Assembly: GCA_050329835.1 (NCBI GenBank)
Contig: JBHJOJ010000022.1
Span: 14,502 to 78,501 of the forward strand
Origin: Kineosporiaceae bacterium
GTDB taxonomy: Bacteria > Actinomycetota > Actinomycetes > Actinomycetales > JBBAYJ01
Direction: 5' to 3'
Length of the DNA: 64,000 nt
The translations under genes were made by a program, and so were the position numbers. Below, one piece after another: positions 47,691 to 59,495 of the stretch. Under the pieces are notes generated by a model. It ran no database searches, had not been told where the DNA came from, and saw only the letters and a program-made list of their open reading frames with translations. Position 1 is the stretch's first letter. Each line of letters starts with the position of its first letter.

Positions 47691-48038
47691 CGTGGCCCGG
47701 GGTCCGGGCGGCCCGATCGCCCTGCCAGAGGTCGAGGACCAGCCGGACGGCGTCCTCCAGGCGCGCCAGCTCGGGCCCGCTGAGCAGGCCGCGCCGTCGA
47801 CGGAATCGCGAGAGCGGCACGGTGTGGAGGTCCGTCGCGTTCGCGTACGACACGAGGTGCCCGCTCACGCCCGCGTCGGCGTCCAGCTCCACGTGGGTCG
47901 AGCCCGGGCCGCGAGTTCCCGTGAGGAGGACGACGGTCACGGCGGACAGTCGCGGCCCGAGGACGTTCGCCGCCAGGACGACGGCCGGGTGCTCGCCGAC
48001 GGGTGCCGGGACCGGACGGTCCAGACCTCCCCGCGCAT
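47623..48038 (-). pseudogene. mazF: MazF/PemK-like toxin, frameshifted near the 5' end
   Basis: ATG at 48038 opens with the canonical MRGEVWTV. The rest (VPAPVGEHPAVVLAAN...LTGTRGPGSTHVELD...LHTVPLSRF...LEDAVRLVLDL) lies in the -1 frame, shifted at ~48012-48015. Confidence 0.6.
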
Positions 48039-48065
48039 CGGCAGCGGCGCGGTGGCCTGCCGCAC

Positions 48066-48302
48066 TCAGTCCTCGTCGGGGTACAGGGCAGCCGTGACAT
48101 CGGACACCGGCGCCCGATGCCCGTCGTAGAAGCTGTCGTAGGACTGGCCGAGGGCGACCTGTCGAGCCTTGCGATGGAGCAGGACAAGACCTTCCCGGAT
48201 GGCCTCGGAGATGCCGCTCAGGCCGAGGACCTCGGCGTCGGCGGTGACAGCCTTCGCCAGATCCTCGGGAACCCGGGCTTGGAGCACGACGGACATCGAC
48301 AT
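48066..48302 (-). CDS. Ribbon-helix-helix antitoxin
   Basis: 78 aa: MSMSVVLQARVPEDLAKAVTADAEVLGLSGISEAIREGLVLL. The stop abuts the toxin start region (TGAGTG). Confidence 0.65.
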   Translation of the reverse strand: MSMSVVLQARVPEDLAKAVTADAEVLGLSGISEAIREGLVLLHRKARQVALGQSYDSFYDGHRAPVSDVTAALYPDED

Positions 48303-48388
48303 GCGTCATACGGTGCGTCGTACAGTCGACGGTCGCACAGCCGTCTCCGGGCGTTGCGTCCCGGGCTGAACACCGAGGGCGACCGAGG

Positions 48389-50083
48389 TCAGCCCGTGGC
48401 CCCGTCGCCCGCGTCCACCTGGGCCGTCTCCACCCCCGCCGACCGACGGGTGTCCGCGACCCCCGTCACCTGCCGGGCCTCCCAGTCGACGTCGAGGGCC
48501 TGGACCGAGCCGAACCGGATCCGGCGGGCCCCGCTCTCGACCCGGACGTCCCACCCGAGGGCGGCGAGCTCGCCGGCCAGGCGCGGGGTCTCGATCGTCA
48601 GCACGCCCGAGGTGAGGACGAACCGGTCGGCGGGCACCGCGGCCGCCAGTTCCTGGCGGTGCAGCGCCCAGCGCGTGACGATCGAGGCGGTGACATTGGG
48701 GATCTGGCGCCCGCCCGGGGTCCCGATGACCAGCACCGGCCGGCGCTCGCCGTCGAGCAGCACGGTGGGGGAGCTCCAGGTCACCGACCGGCGGCCGGGC
48801 TCGGGCCGGTTGTTCTCGCCCATGCCGATGTCGCCGAACCGCTCGAGGGAGTCGTTGAGGAAGAACCCGCCGACGTACTGCCCCGAGCCCCAGTAGTTCG
48901 TGATGGTGTTGGTCATCGACACCGCGCGCCCCTCGGCATCGACGATGGAGAGATGGGTGGTGTTCCCGCCCTCGGCGGGGTCGGCGGCCGCGGAGTCCCG
49001 CGTCGTCTGCGCGACCCCCGGCAGCCCGGCGGCGATCTCGGCGTTGCGGGCGGGGTCCGTGAGCTCGTCCACCGGCACGTCGACGAACGCGGGGTCGCCG
49101 AAGAACCGCTGGACCGAGGTGTCGGCCACCTGCCAGGACCGGCTCTGCAGATCGACGAACTGCGCGGAGTCCGGCGGCAGGTCCGCGATCCCGGCGGCCT
49201 CGGAGATCTGGACCATCTGGATGAGGGCGGCCCCCGGCAGCGCCGGCGCGCCCGACAGCATGGTGTAGTCGCCGACCGGCCCCTCGGCGGGCCGCGACAC
49301 CTGGACCTCGTAGGCGGCCAGCGACTCGGCGTCGAACCCGGGCACCGCGGCCAGCTCCGGGACCAGCTCGCCGCGGTAGAAGGCGTCCGCGCCTCCGGCC
49401 GCGATCGTCCGCATGGTCGCCGCCAGGTCGGCCTGCACCAGCAGGTCGCCCTCGACCAGCGGGGCGCCGTCGGGGCGCCGGAAGTGCGCCAGCCCGCCGG
49501 TCACCCGCTGCCCGGTCCGGTCTCCGATCGATCCCGCGAGGTAGCGGGACACCGGGGCGCCCTCGGCCGCGATCCGGATCGCCGGGTCCAGCAGGTCCGC
49601 CCACGGCAGCGACCCGTGGTCGGCGTGCAGGCGCTCCATCCCGGCCACGAAGCCGGGGATGCCCGCGCCACCGTCCGGGATCGTCCCGGACCGGTTGACG
49701 ACGTCGCGGTAGTCGTAGTTGGTCGCCACCCCGTCGACCACGACGATCGCGGCGCCGCCCCCGCCGATGCCCGAGGAGGCGGGCTGCATGACCGCGTCGG
49801 CGAACGCCGCGGCGATCACGGCGTCGACCGCGTTGCCGCCCCGTTCCAGCATCTCCATGCCCGCCCGGGTGGCCAGCGGGTGACCGGAACTCACGCCGTA
49901 GGCACCGAGCGCCGGGGGTTCCGGCGAGGGGCTGGGCGCGGCGGCCTCCGACGGCGCCGTGGCCCGGGGCGCGCCCGGTCCCGTCCCGGGGGTGCTGACG
50001 GCGCAGGCGGAGAGGCCGAGCATCGCGGCGACGAGAGCCGCGACGGCGGCGGGCCGGTGCCGGAGGGGCGGGCGGCGCGGCAC
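48389..50083 (-). CDS. ggt: Gamma-glutamyltransferase-family lipoprotein
   Basis: Lipobox LSAC. Autoprocessing/nucleophile region EGGNTTHLSIVD and C-terminal GTPGGRQIP. Confidence 0.9.
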   Translation of the reverse strand: MPRRPPLRHRPAAVAALVAAMLGLSACAVSTPGTGPGAPRATAPSEAAAPSPSPEPPALGAYGVSSGHPLATRAGMEMLERGGNAVDAVIAAAFADAVMQPASSGIGGGGAAIVVVDGVATNYDYRDVVNRSGTIPDGGAGIPGFVAGMERLHADHGSLPWADLLDPAIRIAAEGAPVSRYLAGSIGDRTGQRVTGGLAHFRRPDGAPLVEGDLLVQADLAATMRTIAAGGADAFYRGELVPELAAVPGFDAESLAAYEVQVSRPAEGPVGDYTMLSGAPALPGAALIQMVQISEAAGIADLPPDSAQFVDLQSRSWQVADTSVQRFFGDPAFVDVPVDELTDPARNAEIAAGLPGVAQTTRDSAAADPAEGGNTTHLSIVDAEGRAVSMTNTITNYWGSGQYVGGFFLNDSLERFGDIGMGENNRPEPGRRSVTWSSPTVLLDGERRPVLVIGTPGGRQIPNVTASIVTRWALHRQELAAAVPADRFVLTSGVLTIETPRLAGELAALGWDVRVESGARRIRFGSVQALDVDWEARQVTGVADTRRSAGVETAQVDAGDGATG

Positions 50084-50095
50084 GGGGACTCCTCC

Positions 50096-51211
50096 TCAGG
50101 AGCTGGTCCGGACGGGGTGGTCGCGAACGGTGACGGCCGGGGCCCGGCGGGCCCAGGGGACCCGCATCACCCGCTCCAGCGGACCCGGTCCGCCGACACG
50201 ACGCCAGAGCAGCCCGAAGGCTACCGCCGCCGCCACCATCACGGCGCTCACCGCGACGCCCTGGAGGACCGGGAAGCCCCCCGGCGGGGTCACCGCGACC
50301 AGGACGACGACGTGCGTCACGTAGATCGTCAGCGACAGCCGGCCGCAGGCGGCGAGCGGCTCCAGCAGTCGCGGACGGACCTGGCCGAGGCGGGTCACGA
50401 GGGCCACCACGGCCACCGCCCCGCCCACGCTGCTCACCAGCCACAGCGGCATCTGCCCGTGGGCGACCCCGGTCAGCAGGCGGGGAAAGCCCTGGTCCGC
50501 CGCCGGGCCCAGGACCGCCCGCGAGGCCTCCGAGGCCAGCAGCCCGCCGACCGCGGCCACCGTCCCCCAGAGCACGAGACGCCGCTGCGTCACCGGCACC
50601 GACAGGTCGACCCGGGCCAGCCGGAGCCCGACGAGGAACGGCACCACCCACGTCACCAGCGGGTACCGGCCCGCGAACAGCAGTCCGAGGGCGAGCTGTC
50701 CGGGCGGGTCGCCGGGGGACACCGGCGCGTTGCCCCCGGACCCCTGCCCTGTCACGAGGTCGTAGGTGATGACGAGGACCGGCCCGGCCACGAGCATGGC
50801 GCCCGCCGCGATCACCAGGCCCCGGTCGGACAGCCGGTCGGCTAGCGGGGCCAGCAGGAACAGGATCCCGTAGAGCGCGAGGATGACGCCGATGTCGTCG
50901 GTCAGGGCCTGCAGCGTCATCCCTCCCGCCACCAGCAGTCCCGCACGCCAGGCCAGGAGCCGCCACCGGCCGGCCCGGGTTCCGGCCGCCCGCCCCAGCA
51001 GGTACCCCATGCCGATTCCGGCGATGACGACGAACAGGACCGACGCGCGCCCGTAGGGCAGCAGGTACAGGCGGTGCAGCAGGGACGTCGCCTCGGTCGG
51101 TCCCACGTTGATGACGATCATCCCGGCCAGGGCGAGACCGCGGGCCGCGTCGAGCCCGGGCAGCCGGCGACGGCCGCCCTCGCCCCGCCGGGCGGTCGAG
51201 CGTCTGTGCAT
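50096..51211 (-). CDS. DUF418/DUF1624-type membrane protein (paralogous in type to 9034..10260)
   Basis: LDAARGLALAGMIVINVG motif and ~10 hydrophobic helices. Lies 12 nt upstream of the ggt start. Confidence 0.7.
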   Translation of the reverse strand: MHRRSTARRGEGGRRRLPGLDAARGLALAGMIVINVGPTEATSLLHRLYLLPYGRASVLFVVIAGIGMGYLLGRAAGTRAGRWRLLAWRAGLLVAGGMTLQALTDDIGVILALYGILFLLAPLADRLSDRGLVIAAGAMLVAGPVLVITYDLVTGQGSGGNAPVSPGDPPGQLALGLLFAGRYPLVTWVVPFLVGLRLARVDLSVPVTQRRLVLWGTVAAVGGLLASEASRAVLGPAADQGFPRLLTGVAHGQMPLWLVSSVGGAVAVVALVTRLGQVRPRLLEPLAACGRLSLTIYVTHVVVLVAVTPPGGFPVLQGVAVSAVMVAAAVAFGLLWRRVGGPGPLERVMRVPWARRAPAVTVRDHPVRTSS

Positions 51212-51304
51212 GGGGTCCTCTCGCTGGTCTCGGCGCGCGACGAGCCCGCGCCTCGACGACGACGCGGCGCTCGCGTCCGGGCAGAGCGGCTCGCGGGCCG
51301 CTGG

Positions 51305-51682
51305 TCAGGCGGGCGCGACCGCCGGCGGTGCCCGGGAGGTGACGGCTGCGCCCCGCCGGCGCGGGACCAGGACCCGCCCGCCGGACTCGACGGCGCCCCC
51401 GACCCCGTCCGGCGCGGAGTCGCCGGCGTCACCGACGCGGCGCCGCCACACCCGGGCCGCCGCCCGGTAGAGCACCCACGTCAGGGCGGCCGTCACGGTC
51501 GGGACGAGGGCCAGGAGGAGCGGCTCCCAGAGCAGCCACAGCGTGAAGGTCCAGGCCGCGAGGGCGAGGGCGGTCTCACCCCCGACGAGCGGCGGGTGCG
51601 GTGCCGTCCAGCGCGGCCGCGGCACGGCTCGCACGGGGTCACGGGGGGCGGGGGACGGGTGCACCGCGGCCCAGGGTGCCAT
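51305..51682 (-). CDS. Small membrane protein, hypothetical
   Basis: High GC3 downstream of the internal ATG at 51682. Two hydrophobic helices (ALALAAWTFTLWLLW, LLLALVPTVTAALTWVLY). Confidence 0.4.
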   Translation of the reverse strand: MAPWAAVHPSPAPRDPVRAVPRPRWTAPHPPLVGGETALALAAWTFTLWLLWEPLLLALVPTVTAALTWVLYRAAARVWRRRVGDAGDSAPDGVGGAVESGGRVLVPRRRGAAVTSRAPPAVAPA

Positions 51683-51813
51683 CCGGATCCTGGCCCGGCG
51701 ACCCGTTCCGGAGGCCGACCTCGAATCGCCGACCCGAACGCCCCGGTTCACCCGGAACGTCGGGCCGACCACGGCGCCGAGTCGGCGAGCCCGGCTGGGG
51801 AAGTCTCCGTGCA

Positions 51814-51857
51814 ATACCTTGGGGGAGTATTTGGGTCGACTAACCCCCAGGGGGTAT
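51814..51857. promoter_or_regulatory. Two CsoR-type operator-like dyads upstream of copZ
   Basis: ATACCTTGGGGGAGTAT (51814-51830) and TAACCCCCAGGGGGTAT (51841-51857). Both are G/C-tract dyads flanked by AT, in the least GC-rich patch of the region. Confidence 0.6.
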
Positions 51858-51906
51858 GCTCCCGTCATCCTGGGGTCCCCGGGACCGACCCGAGAGGAGC
51901 GTCGCC

Positions 51907-52113
51907 ATGGCGATCACTACCTACGCCGTCCGCGGCATGACCTGCGACCACTGCGCCCGGTCCGTGACGGCCGAGATCGAACGGATCCCCGGGGTGACCG
52001 GGGTGAGCGTCGACGTCGTCGAGGGTCGGGTCAGCGTCGACAGCGACCGGCCGCTCGCGGACGAGGCCCTCACCGAGGCGGTCGAGGAAGCGGGCTACGA
52101 GGTCGTCCGGTGA
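51907..52113 (+). CDS. copZ: Copper chaperone CopZ (HMA domain)
   Basis: 68 aa with GMTCDHC. GAGAGGAG SD. Confidence 0.9.
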   Translation: MAITTYAVRGMTCDHCARSVTAEIERIPGVTGVSVDVVEGRVSVDSDRPLADEALTEAVEEAGYEVVR

Positions 52114-52430
52114 CGGCGACGTCGCCCGCCGTGCCGCCGGCGGTCCCGGCCAACAGCTACGGCCCGACCAAGCAGGCCCACCTCAAGCGGCTGCGCCGCA
52201 TCGAGGGCCAGATCCGAGGGCTGCAGCGGATGGTCGAGGACGACAAGTACTGCATCGACATCCTCACCCAGGTGTCCGCGGCCACCCGGGCCCTGCAGTC
52301 CTTCTCCCTGGAACTGCTGGAGGAGCACATGTCGGGCTGCGTCGTCGCGGCCGCCGCCCGTGGCGGGGACGAGGCGCAGGCGAAGGTGCGCGAGGCGTCC
52401 GACGCCATCGCCCGCCTGGTCCGGTCCTGA
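52110..52430 (+). CDS. csoR: CsoR-family copper-sensing repressor
   Basis: RRIEGQIRGLQRMVEDDKYCIDILTQ ... EEHMSGC (Cys-His-Cys ligand set). GTGA overlap with the copZ stop. Confidence 0.9.
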   Translation: MTATSPAVPPAVPANSYGPTKQAHLKRLRRIEGQIRGLQRMVEDDKYCIDILTQVSAATRALQSFSLELLEEHMSGCVVAAAARGGDEAQAKVREASDAIARLVRS

Positions 52431-52473
52431 GCCCACCGGAGCTCCACCCGACGTCACGCCTGGAGGTCCTTCC

Positions 52474-53372
52474 GTGCGCACCTCGCTGACCCTCGGCGCC
52501 TACGGCGCCGGCCTCGCCGTCGCCTTCGCCGCCGCCCTCGGGGTCGGCTCCGTCGTGGGCGACCCGCTGTCCGGACCGCCGCCCGGCGACGGGGGTCACG
52601 CCGGCGACGGGGGTCACGCCGACGACGCGTCCCCGCCGGGCGGGCTCATGGTCGCCGACCGGGGGCTGAGCCTGCGGCTCGCCTCGCCCACCGCCGAGGC
52701 GGGGACCGCCACCCCCGTCGGGTTCCAGGTCACCGACCGCGACGGCGACCCTGTCACGCGGTACGAGGTGAGCCACGAGGAGCGGATGCACCTGATCGCC
52801 GTCCGGCGCGACCTCGGCGGCTTCCGGCACGTCCATCCCGAGCTGGGCGACGACGGCACCTGGCGCATCCCGCTCGACCTCACGCCGGGGACCTGGCGGC
52901 TGTTCGCCGACTTCGTCCCCGCCGAGGGTGACGCCGCCGGCGACAGCCTGACCCTGGGCGCCGACCTCCACGTCCCCGGGGACTTCCGGCCCGCCGAGCT
53001 GCCCGCTCCCGCACCGGTCGCCCGGCTCGCGGACGGCTACGAGGTCGCCCTCGACGGCGAGCTGGTCCCGGGGGAGGAGAGCGAGCTCACCCTCACCGTG
53101 AGCCGCGACGGCCGGCCCGTCACCGACCTCGAGCCCTACCTCGGGGCGTACGGCCACCTCGTGGCGTTGCGGGACGGGGACCTGGCGTACCTCCACGTGC
53201 ATCCCTCGGGGGAACCGGGCGACGGCCGGACCGATCCCGGACCCGAGGTCCGGTTCGCCGCCGCGGCGCCGTCGGCCGGCGACTACCGGCTGTTCCTCGA
53301 CTTCCGTCACGACGGCGAGGTCCGGACCGCGGAGTTCACCGTCCGTGCCGACCTGACGGAAGGGATCTCGCG

Positions 53373-53376
<4 letters not shown>
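52474..53376 (+). CDS. Membrane-anchored copper-island protein of unknown function
   Basis: N-terminal TM helix, a His-rich duplicated GDGGHA segment, then a beta-rich domain with HLIAV..FRHVHP and [12 protein letters not shown] motifs. GGAGG SD. The stop overlaps the copA start (ATGA). Confidence 0.65.
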
Positions 53377-55717
<2,341 letters not shown>

Positions 55718-55718
<1 letters not shown>

Positions 55719-56012
55719 TGAGCGACGACACCGACCACGGCTCCCACGGGGACCATGCCGCCGTCTTCCGCAGTCGGTTCTGGCTGACCGTCGTCCTGAC
55801 GATCCGGTGGTCGTCTGGCCGGCGTCGTCCTGGCCTCCGACGACCCGCGCGGGGTGCTCGCCATCCGGACCTTGTCGGCGGCGACCTACCGCAAGATGAT
55901 CGTCGTCGCGCTCAACGCCCAGCTGCTGCGCCGGGTCCGGCTGGCCGGGCTGACGCAGCCCCCGCCCGCTCCTGTCGGCAGCGACGACCTCACGGGGGCG
56001 GTCGCGAGGTGA
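55718..56012 (+). pseudogene. Remnant of a second heavy-metal P-type ATPase with large internal deletions
   Basis: N-terminus MSDDTDHGSHGDHAAVFRSRFWLTVVLTI (GGAGG SD, TGATG overlap with copA). This is joined out of frame to C-terminal fragments VVLASDDPRGVLAIRTLSAATYRKM and IVVALNAQLLRR. About 600 codons are missing. Confidence 0.6.
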
Positions 56013-56130
56013 GGGCCGCTCGCGGCGGTGGGTGGGGAGCACCGCGCGCGGTCCCGGACGAAGGTCCCGCGCCGGGCGCCCCCCGGCGCACGACAGTGCG
56101 GGGGAGACCGCCCTCGAGGAGGCGTCGATC

Positions 56131-56317
56131 ATGATGGGCGACTGGATGGGGAACGGGTGGGGGTGGGGAGCCGGACTCGGCGGAGCAGCCTCCGCGGGGG
56201 GCGTCGTCCGTCGTCTCACCGGTGCCCGCCGAGGAGATCCTGCGGGAGCGCTTCGCCCGCGGCGACATCGACGCCGAGGAGTTCCGGGGGCGCCTGGAGA
56301 CGCTGCGGCGGTCCTGA
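56131..56317 (+). pseudogene. SHOCT-domain small protein, frame broken at a G6 run
   Basis: GAGGAGG SD plus ATGATG gives MMGDWMGNGWGWGAGLGG. The SHOCT motif PAEEILRERFARGDIDAEEFRGRLETLRRS* is in the +1 frame. Length is 187 nt and the G6 tract is at 56196-56201. Confidence 0.5.
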
Positions 56318-56412
56318 CGTACGGCAGCGAGCTCAAGCGTCGAGAACGTGGCGGGCGGCCCGCCCCGACGTCGTGGTGGGGGTGTCCATCCCCGGCGGTC
56401 TCGTCCGGTGCG

Positions 56413-56571
56413 ATGTCGCAGGTGAGCGGTGAACTGTGGCTGTCGCCGTCCGCCTTCGCGTCCGCCTGGGTGCTGGACGATGTGCGGCGGGCGCTCGTCG
56501 AGGGTGGCGAGGCGAAGCCTGTGAGCGACGCGGCGACCGAGTTCGAGGAGTTCCTGTCCGACGTCGGATGA
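56413..56571 (+). CDS. Possible small acidic protein (52 aa)
   Basis: High GC3 downstream of the ATG at 56413. Sequence MSQVSGELWLSPSAFASAWVLDDVRRALVEGGEAKPVSDAATEFEEFLSDVG. No family recognised. Confidence 0.3.
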   Translation: MSQVSGELWLSPSAFASAWVLDDVRRALVEGGEAKPVSDAATEFEEFLSDVG

Positions 56572-56744
56572 CGTGAGCCGGGCAGGGCGGGGCACTGTCG
56601 ATCAAGCAGCTGGTCGACCCCGCCGTGACGTCGCACGCGGGTCCGGTGACCTGCTCGGTCTGTGGAACGCGTCCACGATCCGGTCGGTGGAGCGAGCCGG
56701 CCCCGACGGCTGGGTGCCCCTCGCCTCCTGCTGACGAGGCCCGG

Positions 56745-57992
56745 TCACGGAACCTCCCGCCACAGCACGTCGAGCGGCAGCGCGGCCAGCCGGTCCCCGA
56801 AAGGCGTCGCCTCCGGTGCCAGGCAGAGCACGGCCCCGTAGGCGAAGCGGTCCCCGAGCCGGTCGGCCAGCAGGCGCAGGCCTCGGAAGTCGGTCGACCG
56901 GGGTGTGCTGGTCGCCTTGACCTCCAGACCGACGACGCGTCCGTCCGGGTGCTCGAGCACGAGGTCCACCTCGGCGCCGTCGCGGTCCCGGAAGTGGCGG
57001 ACGTCGATCCGTGATCCCGTGGCGGCTGCGATCCGCAGGATCTCACCGGCCGCGAAGGTCTCGACGAGGCGGCCCAGGTGCGCCGAACCGGGGACGGCGA
57101 GGCTCTCCGCGGTCGCCCCGAGCAGGTGGGCCGCCAGGCCGGAGTCCACCAGGACGAGCTTCGGGCGCTTGACGACTCTGGCCGTGACATTGGTCGACCA
57201 GGGGGGGAGCAGGTGGACGAGGAAGGCCGTCGCGAGGTGCGCCAGGTACCCGCTGACCGTCCGGCTGGGCAGGGCCATGGCGTCGGCGACGTCGGCGACG
57301 TTGAGCTCGTTCGCCGTCCGGGCCGCGCACAGCCGGAGCAGGCGGGGCATCTCAGCTGCCCGGTCGATGTCGGACACCCGGCGGACCACCCGGTCCACGG
57401 TCGTCCGGACGTAGGAGTCGAACCACGTCGCCCGGCGGGCCGGGGTGCGGCCCTGCACCTCGGGGAAGCCTCCGGCGCAGATCCGGCGGAGCACGTCCGC
57501 CCGGTCGAGGTCGCTGCCGCGCAGCAGGGCCCGCGGATCGGCGAAGAGGACGTCGAGCAGCGCGGGCGGGGTCCCCACCGCCTCGCCCTGGGACAGCGGC
57601 CAGAGGTCGATCACCTCGACGCGCCCGACCAGCGAGTCGGCCATGTCGGGGGCCGACAGCAGCCGCGAGGAGCCGGTGAGGACGAAGCGGCCCGGCCGGC
57701 GGTCCCGGTCGACCTCCGCCTTGACCGCCCGGAAGAGGGTCGGTTCCAGCTGGACCTCGTCGATCACCAGGGTGTCGACGGGCCGCCGGACGAACGCCCG
57801 CGGGTCCTCGCGCGCAGCCTGCCGGGCCGGCTCGTCGTCGAGCGTGACGAGATCCACCGACCCCGGGTAACGGGTCGTGGACACCAGGGTGGACTTGCCG
57901 ACCTGACGGGCGCCGTTGACGGCGACGACCGGGGTGTCCGCGAGCGCGGTGCGGACGCCGTCCTCGGCCCAGCGCGGGACGAGGCTGGTCAT
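56745..57992 (-). CDS. AAA+ ATP-binding protein with a DUF4143-type C-terminal domain
   Basis: Walker A NGARQVGKSTL and Walker B LVIDEVQ. C-terminal nuclease-like region EVDLVLE...GLEVK. Confidence 0.8.
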   Translation of the reverse strand: MTSLVPRWAEDGVRTALADTPVVAVNGARQVGKSTLVSTTRYPGSVDLVTLDDEPARQAAREDPRAFVRRPVDTLVIDEVQLEPTLFRAVKAEVDRDRRPGRFVLTGSSRLLSAPDMADSLVGRVEVIDLWPLSQGEAVGTPPALLDVLFADPRALLRGSDLDRADVLRRICAGGFPEVQGRTPARRATWFDSYVRTTVDRVVRRVSDIDRAAEMPRLLRLCAARTANELNVADVADAMALPSRTVSGYLAHLATAFLVHLLPPWSTNVTARVVKRPKLVLVDSGLAAHLLGATAESLAVPGSAHLGRLVETFAAGEILRIAAATGSRIDVRHFRDRDGAEVDLVLEHPDGRVVGLEVKATSTPRSTDFRGLRLLADRLGDRFAYGAVLCLAPEATPFGDRLAALPLDVLWREVP

Positions 57993-58020
57993 CCGCGGAT
58001 GATACTGCCGATCCGCGGAT
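57991..58020. promoter_or_regulatory. Twin 10-bp palindromes ATCCGCGGAT spaced 20 bp apart
   Basis: Identical self-complementary decamers at 57991-58000 and 58011-58020. The first overlaps the ATPase start codon. Confidence 0.45.
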
Positions 58021-58115
58021 GAAGGCGATGCCGGCACGCGGACGATCACCCGCCGGTCCGCGGGCACTTCGGGTACCCGTTCGCGACCGACCGACCGACC
58101 GACCGACCGGACTTG

Positions 58116-59477
58116 TCAGCCCCCCTGGCCGGTCGGCTCCTGGCCGTCCCTCCCCGGGGCGGTGGCCCGCGCCGCCAAAGTCCCGAGGTCCAGACCGGTC
58201 GTCGCCCGCAGCAGCTCCAGCGTCTGCAGCACGTTGTCGTTCACCTGCCGCGGCAGGGTGCCGGCGCCGTCGGCTGACACCACGGTGAGCTTCTCGATGG
58301 CGGCCATCGGGGCCGCGACCTCGCGGGCGATCTGGGGCAGCACCCCGGTCAGCATCTCGAGCACCGCCGCGTCGCCGTACTCGCGGAACGCTGCGGCGCG
58401 CTTGTCCATCGCCTCCGCCTCGGCGGACCCGCGGGCCAGCACGGCCGCCGCCTCGGCCTCGCCCTCGATGCGCACCGCCTCGGACAGGGCCACCCGGCGC
58501 GCCTTCTCGGCGTTCGCCCGGGCGATCTCGGCGGTCCGCTGCGCCTCGGCCTCCTGCTCGACCCGGTACCGCGCAGCGTCGGCCGGGCGCCGGACCTGGG
58601 TGTCGAGCTGGCGCTCGGTGAGCGCCGCCTGCCGTTCGGCGACCTTCTCCTGCTCGGCCAGCAGCGCCTGCTCCCGGTCCGCCTGGGCCATCGGCCCGGC
58701 CGCGGCGGCGCGGGCGTTCGCGGCGTCGGTCTCGGTCCGGATCTCCGCCTGCCGCAGCACGAGCTGGCGCTGGGCGCCGGCGATCTCCTCCTCGGCGCGC
58801 AGCCGGGCCTGCTCGGCGACCCGCCGGGCCTCGGCCTCGGCGACCGCCGCCTCCTGCTGGATCCGGGCGGCCTCCGGGCGGCCCAGGTCGGTGAGGTACG
58901 TGCCGTCGTCGGTGATGTCCTGGATCTGCAGGGTGTCGAGCACCAGGCCCTGCCCGGTCAGCGACGACTCCGACTCGTCGGCCACCCGCTGCGCGAACGC
59001 CGCCCGGTCCCGGATGGTCTGCTCGACGGTCAGCCCCCCGACGATGGACCGCAGCGCTCCGGCGAGCACCTCCTGGGTGAAGGTCTCGATGTCCTGCTGC
59101 TGGGTGAGGAACCGCTGGGCGGCAGCGCGGATCGAGTCCTCGTTGCCGCCGACCTTGACGATCGCCACGCCCTCGAGGTTGAGCTTGACGCCCTGCCCCG
59201 ACACGGCACCCCGGATCGTCACCGGGATCCGGCGGCTGGAGAGGTTGAGCCGGTGCAGGCGCTGGACGAACGGCCAGACGAAGACCCCGCCGCCGACGAC
59301 GACCTTCTGCCCGCTGGCGTCGAGCGGGGCGCCCGGCGCCACCCGCCGCCCGCGGCGACCGGTGACGAGGAACGCCTGGTCGGGCCCGGCCACCTTGTAC
59401 CGGGAGGCCAGGAAGGCCACGAGCAGGACGGCGAGGAGGACGAGTCCGGCGACGGAGGCGAGGAGGGAGGTGTCCAC
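58116..59477 (-). CDS. Flotillin-family SPFH protein
   Basis: N-terminal TM helix, an SPFH domain, then a long Ala/Glu-rich coiled-coil (EAEARRVAEQARLRAEEE...). 453 aa. Confidence 0.9.
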   Translation of the reverse strand: MDTSLLASVAGLVLLAVLLVAFLASRYKVAGPDQAFLVTGRRGRRVAPGAPLDASGQKVVVGGGVFVWPFVQRLHRLNLSSRRIPVTIRGAVSGQGVKLNLEGVAIVKVGGNEDSIRAAAQRFLTQQQDIETFTQEVLAGALRSIVGGLTVEQTIRDRAAFAQRVADESESSLTGQGLVLDTLQIQDITDDGTYLTDLGRPEAARIQQEAAVAEAEARRVAEQARLRAEEEIAGAQRQLVLRQAEIRTETDAANARAAAAGPMAQADREQALLAEQEKVAERQAALTERQLDTQVRRPADAARYRVEQEAEAQRTAEIARANAEKARRVALSEAVRIEGEAEAAAVLARGSAEAEAMDKRAAAFREYGDAAVLEMLTGVLPQIAREVAAPMAAIEKLTVVSADGAGTLPRQVNDNVLQTLELLRATTGLDLGTLAARATAPGRDGQEPTGQGG

Positions 59478-59495
59478 GGGGTCCCTTTCAGGCGG

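Noticed and set aside
56572-56744. Possible small ORFs between the 52-aa ORF and the AAA+ ATPase stop
   Set aside because: Short coding-like stretches (for example ...IRSVERAGPDGWVPLASC*) switch frame repeatedly and lack starts. Probably remnants, with too little evidence to annotate.
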